64,000 bases of DNA from the NCBI RefSeq assembly GCF_044704955.1, contig NC_091999.1:34844001-34908000 (forward strand), given 5' to 3'. Below the pieces are notes generated by a model, which was not told the origin of the DNA, made no database searches, and was given only the letters and a program-made list of their open reading frames with translations. The translations under genes and the position numbers were made by a program. This document shows positions 48,390 through 62,500 of the stretch, in pieces (position 1 is the first letter of the stretch; each line of letters begins with the position of its first letter). This DNA is from Pristiophorus japonicus. Its lineage: Eukaryota.

Positions 48390-50470
48390 TCTGGTGTAAT
48401 AAAGAGAGAGACAGTGTCGAGGATAATATAAACAGTGACAATGCCTGGCGTATTATAAAAAGAGACAGGGTGTCGTGTGATATAAACTGAGACAGTGTCT
48501 ACTGGAATATAAACAGAGACAGGGTCTAGTGTAATACAAACAAAGACAGGGTCTAGTGTAATATAAACAGGGATAGTGTCAGAAGGAATATAAACAAAGA
48601 TAGTGCCTGGTGTAATGTAAACAGAGACATGGTCTAGTGTAATATAAACAGAGACATGGTCTAGTGTAATATAAACAGAGACAGGGTCTAATGTAGTATA
48701 AACAGAGACAGTGTCTAGTATATTATAAAAAGAGACAAGGTCTAGTGTATTATAAACAGAGACAGCGTCTAGTGTAATATAAACAGGGATAGTGTCTGGA
48801 AGAATATAAACAGCGACAGGGTCTTGTGTGATATGAACAGAGACAGGGTTCAGTGTAATATAAATAGAGACAGGGTCTAGTTTAATATAAAGACGGATAG
48901 TGTCAGAAAGAATATAAAACGAGGCAGTGTCTGGTGTAATATAAACAGAGACATGGTCTAGTGTAATATAAACATAGACAGGGTCTAGTGTAATACAAAC
49001 AGAGACAGGATCTAGTGTAATATAAACAGGGATAGTGTCAGAAAGAATATAAACAGAGGCAATGTCTGGTGTAATATAAACAGAGACATGGTCTAGTGTA
49101 ATATAAACAGAGACAGGGTCTAGTTTAATATAAACAGAGATATAGGGTCGAGTCCAATATAAACAGGGATAGTGTTAAGAAGAATATAGACAGAGACAGT
49201 GCCTAGTGTAATATAAACAGAGACAGGGTCTAGTGTATTATAAACAGAGACAGGGTCTAGTGTAATATAAACAGGGATAGTGTCTGGAAGAATATAAACA
49301 AAGACAGTGCCTAGTGTAATATAAACAGAGACAGGGTCTAGTGTATTATAAACAGAGACAGGGTCTAGTGTAATATAAACAGGGATAGTGTCTGGAAGAA
49401 TATAAACAAAGACAGGGTCTTGTGTAATGCAAACAGAGACAGGGTCTAGTGTATTATAAACAGAGACAGGGTCTAGTGTAATATAAACAGGGATAGTGTC
49501 TGGAAGAATATAAACAGCGACATGGTCTAGTGTAATAAAAACAGAGACAGGGTCTTGTTTAATATAAACATAGACTGGTTCGAGTCCAATATAAACAGGG
49601 ATAGTGTTAAGAAGAATATAGACAGAGTCAGTGTCTAGTGTAATATGAAGAGAGACAGGGTCTAGTGTAAAATAAACAGAGACAGGATCCAGTTTAATAT
49701 AAACAGAGACAGGGTCCAATATAATATGAACTGGAAGAGGGTCTAGTGTAATGTAAACAGAGGCAAGGTCTAGTTTAATATAAACAGAGACAGTGTCTAG
49801 TACAAAATAAACAGAGACAGGGTCTAGTGTAATATAAACAGAGACAGAGTCTAGTGTAATATAAACAGAGACAGGGTCTAGTTTAATATAAACAGAAACA
49901 GGGTCCAGTGTAATATAAACAGAGACAGGGTCTAGTAGAATATAAACAGAGACAGGGTCTAGACTAATATAAACAGAGACAGTCTCTAGTGTTATATGAA
50001 CTGGGAGTGGGTCTAATGTAATGTAAACAGAGGCAGGGTCTAGTATAATATAAACAGAGACAGGGTCTAGTACAATATAAACAGAGACAGGGTCTAGTGT
50101 AATATAAACTGGGACAGGGTCTAGTGTAATAGAAACAGAGACAGGGTCCAGTGTAATAAAAACAGAGACAGTGTCTACTGTAATATAAACAGAGACAGGT
50201 CTAGTGCAATATAAACTGGGACAGGGTCCAGTATAATATAAACACAGACAGGGTCCATTATAATACAAACAGAGACAGGGTGTAGACTAATATAACAGAG
50301 ACAGTGTCTAGTGTAATGTAAACTGGGACAGAGTTGAGTGTAATATAAACAGAGACAGGGTCTAGTACAATATAAGCAGAGACAGGGACACGGGTAATAT
50401 AAACAGAGACAGCGTCTCGTGTAATATTAACAGGGACAGGGTCTTAAGAGAGACAGGTTCTAGTGTAATA
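48390..50470. repeat. 27-bp satellite array
   Basis: Unit gtaatataaacagagacagggtctagt. It produces the spurious SVYITLDPV-repeat ORF. Confidence 0.95.
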
Positions 50471-50639
50471 TTAGATAGAAGTACAGATAGTGGATAGAAG
50501 TACGAATCGACGGTCGGACGGACAGACGAATGGACCGACCGACCGAATGACAGACAGATAGACAGTCAGACAGACGTGAAGATTCGCATGGCTGGAATGT
50601 TACTATCAAATTATTCCAGGCATTCTATATGTTTAAATT

Positions 50640-51525
50640 ACTCTGGACCCTGTTTAATTATAACTACACCTGATCATCTCTCTTTTCGGATTGCACAAGG
50701 CCCTGTCTCAGTTATTACTGCACTAGTCTCGGGATCAATTTTATTACTGTGGATACTGTCTCAGTTACACTGCACTAGACCCTGTCTCTGTTTATATTAT
50801 TCTCGGCTCTGTATCAGTTATCACAGTACTGGACCCTCCGTTATATTACATTAGACCCATTCTCAGTTACTACTGAACTAGACGCTGTCTCTGTTTATAT
50901 GACCGTACACCATGTTTTTGTCAATATTTCACTAGTTCCTGTCTCTCTTTATATTACACTCGACATGTCTCAGTTTATATTGCACTAGAAAATGTCAATG
51001 TTTCTACTAAAGAGCTCATGTATTAGTTAGTATTAGAGCACGTTATTCTTTGTTATATTATGTTGGACCCTGTCACTATTTATATTATACTATCCCCTGT
51101 CTCTTTATAATAGATTGGTCCTGTCTCTGGTTATATTACACTAGACCCTGTCTCTGTTTATATTACACTCGACCCTGTCTCTATTTATATTACACTAGAC
51201 CCTGTCTCTGTTTATATTATACTAGACTCTGTATTTTTTACATTACACTAGACACGGTCTCTGTTTATATTACACTAGACACTGTCTCTGTTTATATTAC
51301 ACTAGACCCTGTATTTTTTATATTACACTAGACATTGTCTCTGTTTATATTACACTAGAGCCTTTATTTTCTATATTACACTAGACACTGTCTCTGTTTA
51401 TATTACACTAGACGCTGTGTCTTTTTATTTTACACTGGTCCCTGTCATTGTAGATATTACACTATATCATCTCTCTGTCTATGTTACACTTGGACGTGTC
51501 TCGGTTATTACTGCACTAGACCCTG
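50640..51525. repeat. The same 27-bp satellite in inverted orientation
   Basis: Unit actagaccctgtctctgtttatattac; a further short patch lies at 53885-54030. Confidence 0.9.
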
Positions 51526-51759
51526 GGGAATAGATGTGTCTATATAGGTCAAATCGAGCAATCCATTTGGCTGAGGGTCAGACGTCGCACTGATGTAGCT
51601 ATGGCGACCAAATCACGTTGATGACGTTGCTTTGTTGTAAACAATTACGTCACCCATTGTTTACGTGTTGCTGACGTGATGATGTCAAACAGGTAAACAC
51701 GAAATGCAATATACAGGAAGTTGCACTGACAAAATCAATTTTCTGCGATAGTGATGTCA

Positions 51760-52250
51760 CACTGTGCCATCAAACATTCCCAGGGCAGGTACAGCGCGGG
51801 CCTATGCAAAGAAAGGCTCCCTCGATGCTGTCCCATCAAACACTCCCAGCTCAGGTACAGCACGAGTCGAAAAACAATAAAGCTCCCTCTACACCGTCAC
51901 ATCAAACACTCCCAGGGCAGGTACAGCACGGTTTAGATAGAGAGTAAATCTTGCTCTACACAGTCCCATCAAACTCTCCCAGGGCAGGTACAGCTCTGGT
52001 CTATGCAGAGTAAAGCTCCCTCCACACTGTCCCAGCAAAGACTCCCAGGGCAGGTACAGCACGGGTAAGCTATGGAGTAAAGCACCCTCTACACCGTCCC
52101 ATCAAACTCTTCCAGAGCAGGTACATCACTGGTCTATGCAGAGCAAAGCTCCATCGAAACAGTCCCATTAAACACTCACAGGGCAGGTACAGCACGGAGT
52201 TAGATGCAGAGTAAAGTTCCCGCTACAGAGTCACATCAAACACCCAAGAT
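51760..52250. repeat. ~67-bp tandem satellite
   Basis: Unit ctgtcccatcaaacactcccagggcaggtacagcacgggttagatacagagtaaagctccctctaca, ~7 copies. Confidence 0.9.
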
Positions 52251-53059
52251 CATTGAGTTCACACGACATATTTTATTATAAAGCTGCCTCTCCGCACACC
52301 CACCAATTTGGTTTGAGACCTGGAAATAGACCTTAGAGAACATTTTTGTTAGACATTGACTTCTTATTGTGAGGTAAAAATAATGACGCATTCTTTAGAG
52401 GCAAGGAAAAAGGTGGGGATAGTAGAGAGAGGCAGAGAGGGAGGGGATACAGAGAATTGCCACGAATACATTTGAGCTGTTACTATATACGGTGACTAGA
52501 ATCTTGCCCCATTCTGGCCGCAGATAACATCGTTGATTTGTTCACCAATAACTGAAAAAAATATCACAAACATCAATTGTTGCTGGAATCCGTTGAGACA
52601 TTAGCGTTTCTTTCTCTGTTTATTTCTATTCTGTCGTTCACTATTCTAATCTGGGTCTTCTATTTCTGCGTTTATTTACATAAACACCTCACAGGTTTCC
52701 ATGAAGTGTTCATGGCAGCAAAAGCAGATCCACAAAGTCATTTATTGATTAGTTTTAACTCACAGCACGGGTTTATTTTATGAATATTGGTAGTTGGTAC
52801 AAAGAAATGGAAATATCTCCAGCTGTGACATCGGTTTTTGGTTTGTTCAATTAGAAGAGATGTGATTTATATCAAAGGGAACATATTAAAATTAATAATT
52901 CAATTCTGAAAATTCTGCTACCAATGTCAATGGAACCTCGCTGAACAGATCAGTAATTCACTGAATGTCCATTTAGCTTAAGATTCCAGCCACTTAAACT
53001 AAACAAGTTAAAACAGCGACCAGAGGAGTCACCCATTGCAACGTGTATTTTAAATGTTG

Positions 53060-53515
53060 ACGTTTAGAAATAACTTTCACGACTTTCACGTCCTCAGAAT
53101 GTCCAAAAGTGCTTTATAATGAAGTATGTTTGAAGTGTAGTCACTTTTATAATGTAGGAAACATGGAGTCAAATTGCACACAGCAAGCTCCCACAAACAT
53201 AATGTGATAATAACCACAGAATCTGTGCTTTAGCGATGCTGGTTAATGGATAAATATGTGTAATGGACTTCGGGGTGAACTCCCCTGCTATTTAAAATAG
53301 TGCCATTCAATCTCTTACATCCAACTGTGAGTGAAGACTCAGCAGATGTAACGTCTCATCCGAAAGACTGCTCCACCGTCAATGTAGCCCCCCCTCCCCT
53401 TCTCCTTCGGTACTGGTACCGGGAGCGCCAGCCGAGATTATGTGCTCAGCCTCTGGAGAGGGGTTGAGAACCCACAGCCTTCTCACTCAGAGGTGAGAGT
53501 GATCCCATTGTACCG
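53060..53515 (-). mobile_element. Deu-domain SINE (SacSINE1-like), antisense
   Basis: cacagcaagctcccacaaac, aacgtctcatccgaaagac and a tRNA-like head (gaacccacagccttct.actcagagg.gagagtg). Confidence 0.65.
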
Positions 53516-54029
53516 GGGCTTTAGCACGTCACAGCTTAATTTTGTAGATGTTGTCATTTAGTTCAGAGTGTCCAAAGTTTAGTGCCTGAGACGAGTCTTA
53601 CACAATCGGTTTAATTCCCGGGGATAATGCTCTTATCTTGCCTGGGATGATATTCTGGCACTGTTGTAAAATGGGATCAAATCTTAGCGACTCCTCATCT
53701 GGATGTTCATGAGGTGCATCAGTAGAACAGCTGGAAACTGGGACGGTGCTCCTTATATCCGAGAATGTTAAGGCAGATTTAATAGTGGCGATCAAAATTA
53801 TGAGGAGTTTTAATCAAGTAAATAGTTAGAAACCTTTACCACTGGTAGGACGGACAGTAACCACAAGCCAGAGATTTAAAATGTATTACTGCACTAGACC
53901 CTGTCTCTGCTGAGATTACAATCGACCCTGTCCCTGCTTACATTGCACTAGACCCTGTCTCTGTTTATATTACACGAGACCCTGTCCCTATTTTCATTAC
54001 ACGAGACCCTGTCTCTATTTATATTACAG

Positions 54030-55298
54030 TCGCTTAAACAAAGGGGACTACAGTGGGATGATGGCAGAGTTGTCTAAAGTACACTGGAAAGGCAGACTAA
54101 ACGGTGGCACAATTGAGGAACAGTGGAGGACTTTTAAGGAGCTATTTCATAATGCTCAACAAAAATATATTCCAGTGAAAATTAAGGGCGGTAAGAGAAA
54201 GGGATAACCAGCCGTGGATAACCAAGGAAATAAAGGAGAGTATCAAATTAAAAACCAATGCGTATAAGGTGGCCAATGTTAGTGGGAAACTAGAAGATTG
54301 CGAAAATTTTAATCGACAGCAAAGAATGATTAAGAGAGCAATAAAGAAAGGAAAGATAGATTACGAAAGTAAATTTGTGCAACACATAAAAACAGATAGT
54401 AAAAGCTTTTACCGATATATAAAACGGAAAAGAATGACTAAAGTAAATGTTGGTCCCTCAGACGATGAGAAGGTGGATTTAATAATGGGAAATGTGGAAA
54501 TGGCTGAGACCCTAAACAATTATTTTGCTTCGGTCGTCTCAGTGGAAGACACAAAAACCATTGCAGAAATTACTGGTCACGGGAATGTGAGAAGGGAGGA
54601 CCTTGAGATAATCACTATCACAACGGGGATAGTGCTGGATAGGCTAATGGGACTCAAGGTAGACAAGTCCCCATGTCCTGATAAAATGCATCCCAGGGTA
54701 TTAAAAGACATGGCGGAAGTTATAGCATATGCATTCGTTATAATCTACCAAAATTCTCTGGACTCTGGTGAGGTCCAGCGGATTGGAAAGCAGCTAATGT
54801 AATGCCTCTGTTTAACAAAGGGGGCAGACAAAAGGCAAATAACTATAGGCCGGTTAGTTTAACATCTGTAGTGGGGAAAATGCTTGAAGCTATCATTAAG
54901 GAAGAAATAGCGGGACATCTAGATAGGAATAGTGCAATAAAGCAGACGCAACATGGATTCATCAAGGGGAAATCATGTTTAACTAATTTACTGGAATTCT
55001 TTGAGGATATAATGAGCATGGTGGATAGAGATATACCGATGAATGTGGTGTATTTAGATTTCCAAAAGGCATTCGATAAGGTGCCACACAAAAGGTTACT
55101 GCAGAAGATAAAGGTACGTGGAGTCAGAGGAAATGTATTAGCATGGATAGAGAATTGGCTGGATAACAGAAAGCAGAGAGTCGGGATAAATGGGTCCTTT
55201 TCGCGTTGGAAACCGGTGGTTAGTGGTGTGCCACAGGGATCGGTGCTGGGACCACAACTGTTTACAATATACATAGATGACCTGGAAGAGGGGACAGA
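54030..55298 (+). mobile_element. CR1 ORF2 fragment, same subfamily as the CR1 at 21002
   Basis: Near-identical peptide ([43 protein letters not shown]), truncated at DDLEEGT. Confidence 0.88.
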
Positions 55299-57660
55299 TT
55301 CAATCAAGTTAGTCAGACATGACCTTCCCTTAACAAATCCGCGCGGACTGTTCCTGATTAATCCATGTCTTTCCAAATGAAGATTTATCCTGTCATTCAG
55401 GATTTTTCCAAAACAAATTCCCACCACTGAGGTTAGGCTGACAGGCCTTTAATAAATCGATCCATCCTTGCTCCCTTTTTAAACAAAGGTTAAACATTAG
55501 AGGTCCTCCAGTCCTCTGGCACCACACCTGTAGCCAGTGCGGATTGGAAAATGATGGTCAGAGCCTCTGCTATTTCCTCTTTTGCTTCTCTTAACAGCCT
55601 GAAATACATTTCATCTGGGCCTGGGGATTTATCCACTTTCAAAGCTGCTAAGTCCCTTAATACTTCTTCTCTAACTATGTTTACCTCGTCCAATATTTCA
55701 CACTCCTCCCTCATTGCAAAATCTGCATCGCCCCTCTCTTTTGTGAAAACAAATGCAGGGTATTGATTAAGAATGATAGTCACATCTTCTGCTTCCACAC
55801 AGATTTCCTTTGTGGTCTCTAATAGGCCGCATTCTTTCTCTAGTTATCCTCTTAATGTATTTATAATGTCTACCTGTCCTGAAACCTTCATGGGTCTGTG
55901 GATATGCAATCCTAGGTCTCTTTATTCATCTACACTTCTCAGTATCCTACGATTCATTATGTATTCCCTTGCCTTGTCAGCCCTCCCCAAATGCAAGACC
56001 TCACACTACCGCGGATTGAAGTCCACTTGCTACTATTCTGCCCACCTGATCAGTCCATTGCTATCTTCCTGCAGTCTAGAGCTTTCTTCTTCATTATCAA
56101 CCACAAGGCCAATTTGTGTGTCATCTGCATACTTCCTAATCATACCCTATAGATTCAAGTCCAAATTATTGATAAAAAAGGGACCTAGTAGTGAGCCCTA
56201 TGGATTCCCCACTGGAGACAGCCTTCCAGTCTCAAAAACACCCATCAACCATTAACCTTTGCTTCCTGACTCTGAGCCAATTTTGGATCCAACTTGCCAC
56301 TTTGCCTTGTATCCCAATTGCTTATAATTTTGTGACCAGTCTGCCTTGTGGGACTTTATCAAAATCGTTGCTAGAATTCATATACGCTACATCAAATGCA
56401 CTGCCTCATTAAATTTTTTGAGGGGATATACAGGAGAGTCAATCGGTAGACAGACCCGACTTTCCCTTAACAAATCCATGCTGACTGTCCTTGATTAATC
56501 CGTGTCTTCCCAAATGAAGATTTATCCTATCCCTCAGCATTTTGTCCAAAAATGTTCCCACCAACGAGCTGAGGCTCTCCCCAGCTTGTAGAGGAACTAG
56601 GTCCCAGCTTTGTTCAGGTGCAACCCGACTGGCTTGTCCAGGTTCCACCGCCCCCAGAAACAGTCGCAATACCACAGAAATTTAAAGTCTTCCCTCCTGC
56701 ATCGTCTCAAGCCACATATTCACCTGCTCGATCCTCCTATTTCTGTACTCACTAGCATGTGGTACTGGGAGTAATCTGGCGATTACTACTTTTGAGGTCC
56801 TGTTTTTTAGTCTCCTTCCCAGCTCCCTTAAAACTGCCTGAAGGACGTCATCCCTCTTTCGACCTTTGTCATTGCTGACAATATAGACCACGACTTCTGG
56901 CTATTCACACCCCTCCCCCCGGTTCCCTCACAATGTCCTGCAACCTTTTAACGACAAACCTTGACCCTGGCACCAAGGAGGCAATAACTATCTTGGAGTC
57001 ACGTCTGCAGCCGCCAAACGTCCTAATACTAGGGGGATCAAGGTGTATGGCGAGAACGCAGGAATGGGTTACTGAAGTTGCATGTTCAGCTATTAACTCA
57101 TTGAATGGCGGTGCAGGCTAGAAGGGCCGAATGGCCTAGTCCTGCACCTATTTTCTATGTTTCTATGTCTGTCTATTCCCCATGTATCAAGTGACCTACC
57201 ACTATTGCTCTTCCACTCTTCTTCCTTCCCTTCTGTGCAGCTGAGCCAAACATGGTTCCGTGGACTTGGCACTGGCTTCACTCCCCAGAGCAACCATCGT
57301 GCTCCTCATTAACCAGAACTGAAAAGCGGTTAATGAGTCAGGGGATTCCTGTCCTACATGTCAGTTCCTCCTTGTCTGTCTGACGATCTTCCGTTCCCTC
57401 TATGCCTGCACAATTTAAACTGCTGGGTGACTACCTCCTGAAATGTGGTGTCCTCGAAGCTCTCAGCTCCGCGGATAGACTGCATTGACGCTAGCAACCG
57501 GTCAAGCTGCGAAACCCGGAGCTCAAAATGCACCCTTATGATATGGAATCTATATGGGTAGAGCTGCAGAACACCAAATGGCAATACACGTTAGTGGGAG
57601 TTTTGTACAGACATCCAAACCGTAGTAGTGATGTTGGGGAGGGCATCTTACAGGTAATTA
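55299..57660. mobile_element. Mosaic of CR1 fragments (antisense ORF2 and ORF1 esterase pieces, short sense pieces)
   Basis: KVDKSPGPDEM (55490-55798), DSQHGFVKGKS (56439-56675), ORF1 RELGRRLKNRTSKVVI (56682-56891) and a CR1 3' end at 57030-57165. Confidence 0.75.
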
Positions 57661-57704
57661 GGGAGCTGGCGACACTTCCCGCAACGTGGTCATCCAGATG
57701 TTCC

Positions 57705-57965
57705 CACATGGCCCAGTATGTGTATTCCATGGGACTGTGCTGCCTGACCAGGATGTACATTCCATGGGACTGAGCTGCCTGCCCAGGATGCGCATTCCAT
57801 GGGACTGAGCTGCCTGGCCAGGATGTGCATTCCGTGGGACTGAGCTTCCCTGCCCAATATGTACATTCCATGGGACTGAGCTGCCTGCCCAGGATGTGCA
57901 TTCCATGGGACTGAGCTGCCTGCCCAGGATGTGCATTCCATGGGACTGAGCTGCCTGCCCAAGAT
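57705..57965. repeat. ~35-bp minisatellite
   Basis: Unit cattccatgggactgagctgcctgcccaggatgtg. Confidence 0.9.
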
Positions 57966-58689
57966 ATACATTCTCTACAGACAGTTCTAGTTTCTCTGGA
58001 ACATTTTTTCCTCTCTTGCTCATCCTAAGCTGTATAATTAGTCCACTCCACTGCTCTGCCTCATAACCCTGCAAATCTTTGCAACTCAAATATTTATCTC
58101 TTTTGCACGTAAAGAGTGAATCTGCCTCCACCACCCTTACAGGCAGTGCGTTCCAGGCCATAACATTTCGCTACTGAATGTTTTTCGCTCGTGTGGCATC
58201 TGGTTCATTTGCCAATCATCTTAAATAAGTGTCCTCTGGCTACCGAGCCGTCTGACACTGAAAATGTTTTCCCTCATTAAGAGGGTTGGTGGGCTGGAGG
58301 AGGTTACAGAGATCGGGAGTGGCGAGGTCTTGGCGGGATTTGAACAAGAGGAGGAGAATTTTAAAGGCTGAAGCTACCCGCCGTCTCCCCCAGTGCAGAA
58401 TGTGGCTCTCTATTAACAGGAAGGATTTTTGTTTCACAACTAAAGATGCATAATGAGGGGAAATCAATCTGTGTATCTTTAACTAACAGCGAAATGGAAA
58501 GAGAGAAATGAATGGCCTTTAAACACCTGGTTATCGACTCCCGAAACTGTAAATTATTTCTCATTATATAACCATACAAATTTACAGCACGGAAGGAGGC
58601 CATTTAGGCCCATCGTGTTTGTGCAGACTGATAGAGAGCTATCCATTCTAATCCCACTTTCCAGGTCTTAGTCCGTAGCCTTGTAGCTT

Positions 58690-59010
58690 ACAGAGGCGTG
58701 AGTTCGGGGCCATTGGGCAGCGCGGGCCAGACCACACAGTGATAAGTGTGCACACTAGGTTCGTGCAGCAGAGCACATCTAGGATAACCCTTGCCACTGG
58801 AATAAGACCTAGCTCTGTCAAGCCCGCGTGGCGGCTGGTGTGTAACGGCCAGCACACGTTAAAAAAATCCATGCACAAGCATCTTCCACCCGTCAGGATG
58901 TAGTTTGGAACATGGAATATTAGGTCCTTCATTGAAACATCTGTGAACTCATCCTTCTTTTTGGCATGGAAGCAAGTCATCCTCGTTTCGACGCACTGCC
59001 AATGATGATA
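58690..59010 (+). mobile_element. Probable RTE-related short non-autonomous element (SINE)
   Basis: RTE-like 5' motifs (cccttgccactgg, gtgtaacggcca, aaaaatccatgcac) and a 3' end aagcaagtcatcctcgtttcga..(gat)n, recognised by eye. Confidence 0.45.
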
Positions 59011-59014
59011 ATTT

Positions 59015-59595
59015 GTATCGGGTGAGTATGCAATGTGTTGTGTGAGTACAGATTGACATTTGTCCGTATATGTTGTTTTGTGTGGGGACACCTTGTATTG
59101 TGTGAAGTCACGATATATTGTGTGAGTAGAACTTGTGTTGCATGAGTACAGCTTGTGTTGCGTGACTACATCTTGTATTGTGGGAGTGCACCATGTATTT
59201 ATAAGTAAAGCTTTTATTGTGTGAGTACACCTTGTATTGTGTGAGTACTGACTTTGTTGCATAAATACAGCTTATATATTGTGAGTACTGATATTATGGT
59301 GTGAGTTCACATTTTATATCGTGTGAGTATAGTTCTTATGGTGTGAGCACACGTTTTATCGTGTAAGTACATCTTGTATTGTGAAAGTAAAGCTTTTGTT
59401 GTATGTGTACACCTTGTATTGTATGAGCACCCCTTTTACTGTATGTGTACATATTTTATTATGTGAGTACACCTTGGGGTTGTGTGCGTAAACCTTGTAA
59501 TGTGTATGTACACCTTGTATTGTGTGAGAATAGTTTGTATTGCGTAATTTCAGCTTGTATTGTATAAGTACACCATGTATTATGTGAGTAAACCT
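59015..59595. repeat. ~20-bp TG-rich satellite
   Basis: Unit ttgtattgtgtgagtacacc. Confidence 0.85.
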
Positions 59596-59599
59596 TGCT

Positions 59600-62500
59600 C
59601 TCTGATCGGGAGGAGCATCAGTTGGAGGAGCTAGAGGGAGCGGGAGGATCGAGGCGGATAAAAGTACTGCAGCAGATCGGGAGGAAGAGCAGTCGCAGGA
59701 ACAGCTGCTGTAGCGTCAAAAATCAAAAAGCAAAATAGAATTAAAAAGAAATCGAAGAGTAATGTCACAGCCAAGGGGGTAAGTTTTTGGCTGGTTGATT
59801 GGTAAGCATTTTTTCTTTTTTTTTTCTTTTCTTATCAGTAGGAAACCTTTGGCATTGTTGCCAAATTATGTTAATCTAAAGGTTAAGTCATGGCAGGAGA
59901 GCCCAGAGCCGTGTCCTGCTCCTCCTGTGGTATGTGGGAAGTCAGGGACACTGGCTACTATGTGTGCGTGAAGTGTGTCGAGCTGCAGCTCCTGTCAGGT
60001 CGCATTGAGGCACTGGAGCTGTGCATGGATTCACTCTGGAGCATCCGCGATGCTGAGGATGTCTTGGATAGCATGTTTAGTGAGTTGGTCACACAGCAGG
60101 TAAAGGTGACACAGACAGATAGGGAATGGGTGACCATCAGGAAGAGCAGGGGAAGGAAGGTAGGGCAGATATACAGTTTTGGATACTGCTGAGGATGGTG
60201 GCTCATCAGGGAAAGGGAGCAGTAGCTAAGTTCATGACAGCAGGGGTAACTGTGCTGCGCAGGTGGGCTGGAAAAAGAGTGGAAGGTATATAGTGAGAGG
60301 AGATTCTATTATAAGTGGAAGAGATAGGCGTTTCTGCGGCCGCAAACGAGACTCCAGAGTGGTATGTTGCCTCCCTTGTGCAAGGGTCAAGGGTGTCTTG
60401 GAGCGGGTGCAGGGCATTGTGGTGGGGGAGGGTGAACAGCCAACTATCGTGTTGCATGTAGGTACCAACAATATAGGTAAAAAACTGGATGACATTCTAC
60501 AAGATGAATTTCGGGAGCTAGGAGTTAAATTTAAAAGTCGGGCCTCAAAGGTAGAATCTCAGGATTGCAATCAGTGCCACGTGCTATTCAGAGTTGGAAC
60601 AGCAGGATAGTTCAAATGAATACGTGGCTTGAGGTCTGGGGCAAGGGGGAGGTATTCAAATTCCTGGGACATTGGAACAGGTTCTGTGGGAGATGGGACC
60701 AGTACAAACCGGATGGTCTGCACCTGGGCAGGACCGGGACCGAGGTCCTTGGTGGTGTGTTTGCTAGTGCTGTTGGCGAGTGTTTAAACGAATATGGCAG
60801 GCGGATGGGGATCTATGTAGGGAGGCAGAGGGAAGTAAAAAGGCTGCAGAAGCAAAAGATAGGAAGGAGAAAAGTAAGAGTGGAGGGCAGAGGATTCAAA
60901 AAGCGGCATATTAAAATATAATTCTAAAAGGACAAAGAGTTTTAAAAGAACAAGCCTGAAGGCTTTGAGTCTCAATGCGAGGAGCATTCATAATAAGGTG
61001 GATGAATTAACAGCGCAGATAGCTTTTAACGGATATAATGTAATTGGGAATTTCGGAGACATGGCTCCAGGGTAACCAAGGCTGGGAACACAACATCCAT
61101 TGGTATTCAATATTCAGGAAGGATAGACAGAAAAGAAAAGCAGGTGGGGTAGCGTTACTGATTAAAGAGGAGATTAACACAATAGTAAGGAAGGCATTAC
61201 CTTGACTGATGTGGAATCTATATGGATAGAGCTGCGAAACACCAAATGTCAGAAAATATTTTCGGGAATTATGTACAGACCACCAAACAGTAGTAGTGAG
61301 CGTGGGGATGGCAAGAAACAGGAAATTAGGGATGCGTGCAATAAAGGTACAGCAGTTATCATTGATGACTTAAATCTACATATGGACTGGGTAACCAATC
61401 TGGTAGCAGTACTGTGGAGGAGGATTTCCTGGAGTGTATTTGGGATGGTTTTCTGTACCAATATGTCGATGAATCAACTAAAGAGCAGTCCATCCTCGAC
61501 TGGGTCTTGTGTAATGAGGGTGGATTAATTAGCAATCTTGTCATACGAGGGGATGGGCGACCATAATATGGTATAATTCTTCATTAAGAAGGATAATGTC
61601 ACAGTTAATCCAGAGTCTAGGGTCCTGAACTTAAAGAAAGGTAACTTCGATGGTATGAGACATGAATTGGCTAGGATAGAGTGGCGGATTATACTTAAAG
61701 GGTTGCTGGTAGATAGGCAATGGCAGACATTTAAAGATCACAGTGATGAACTACAACAATTGTACATCCCTGTCTGGCATTAAAATAAAACGGGGATGGA
61801 GGCTCAGCCGTGGTTAACAAGGGGAATTGTGGATATTATTAAATCCAAGGAAGAGGCATATAAATTGGCCAGAAAAAGTAGCAAACCTGAGGACTGGAAG
61901 AAATTTAGAATTCAGTAGAGAAAGACAAAGGGTTTAATTATGAAGGGTAGTGGGATACCGCAAGTTTCAGTGCTGGGACCCCAACTATTTACAATATATA
62001 TTAATGATTTAGGCGAAGGAATTGAATGTAATATCTCCAACTTTGCAGATAACACTAAGCTGGGTGGCAGTGTGAGCTGTGAGGAGGATACTAAGAGGCT
62101 GCAGGTTGAATTCGCCGGATAAGTGAGTGGAAAAATGCATGGCAGATTGAGTAAAATATGGAGAAGTGTGAGCTTATCCACTTTGGTGGCAAACATAGGA
62201 AGGCAAATTATTATCTGAATGGTGAAATATTAGTAAAAGGTGAGGTGCAACGAAACCTGGGCATCATGGTACATCAGTCATTAAAATAGGCAGGCATGTA
62301 CAGCAGACAGTAAAGAAAACAAATGGCATGTTGGCCTTCATAGCATGAGGATTTGAGTATGGGAGCAGGACGGTCTTGCTGCAGTTGTACAGGGCCTTGG
62401 TGAGACCACACCCTGAGTATTGTGTGCAGTTTTGTCTCCTAATCTGAGAAAGGACTTTCTTGCTTTTGAGGGAGTGAAGCGAAGGTTAACCGGACTGATT

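Noticed and set aside
49120-50268. 382-aa ORF of SVYITLDPV repeats
   Set aside because: It is an artefact of a 27-bp satellite that lacks stops in one frame.
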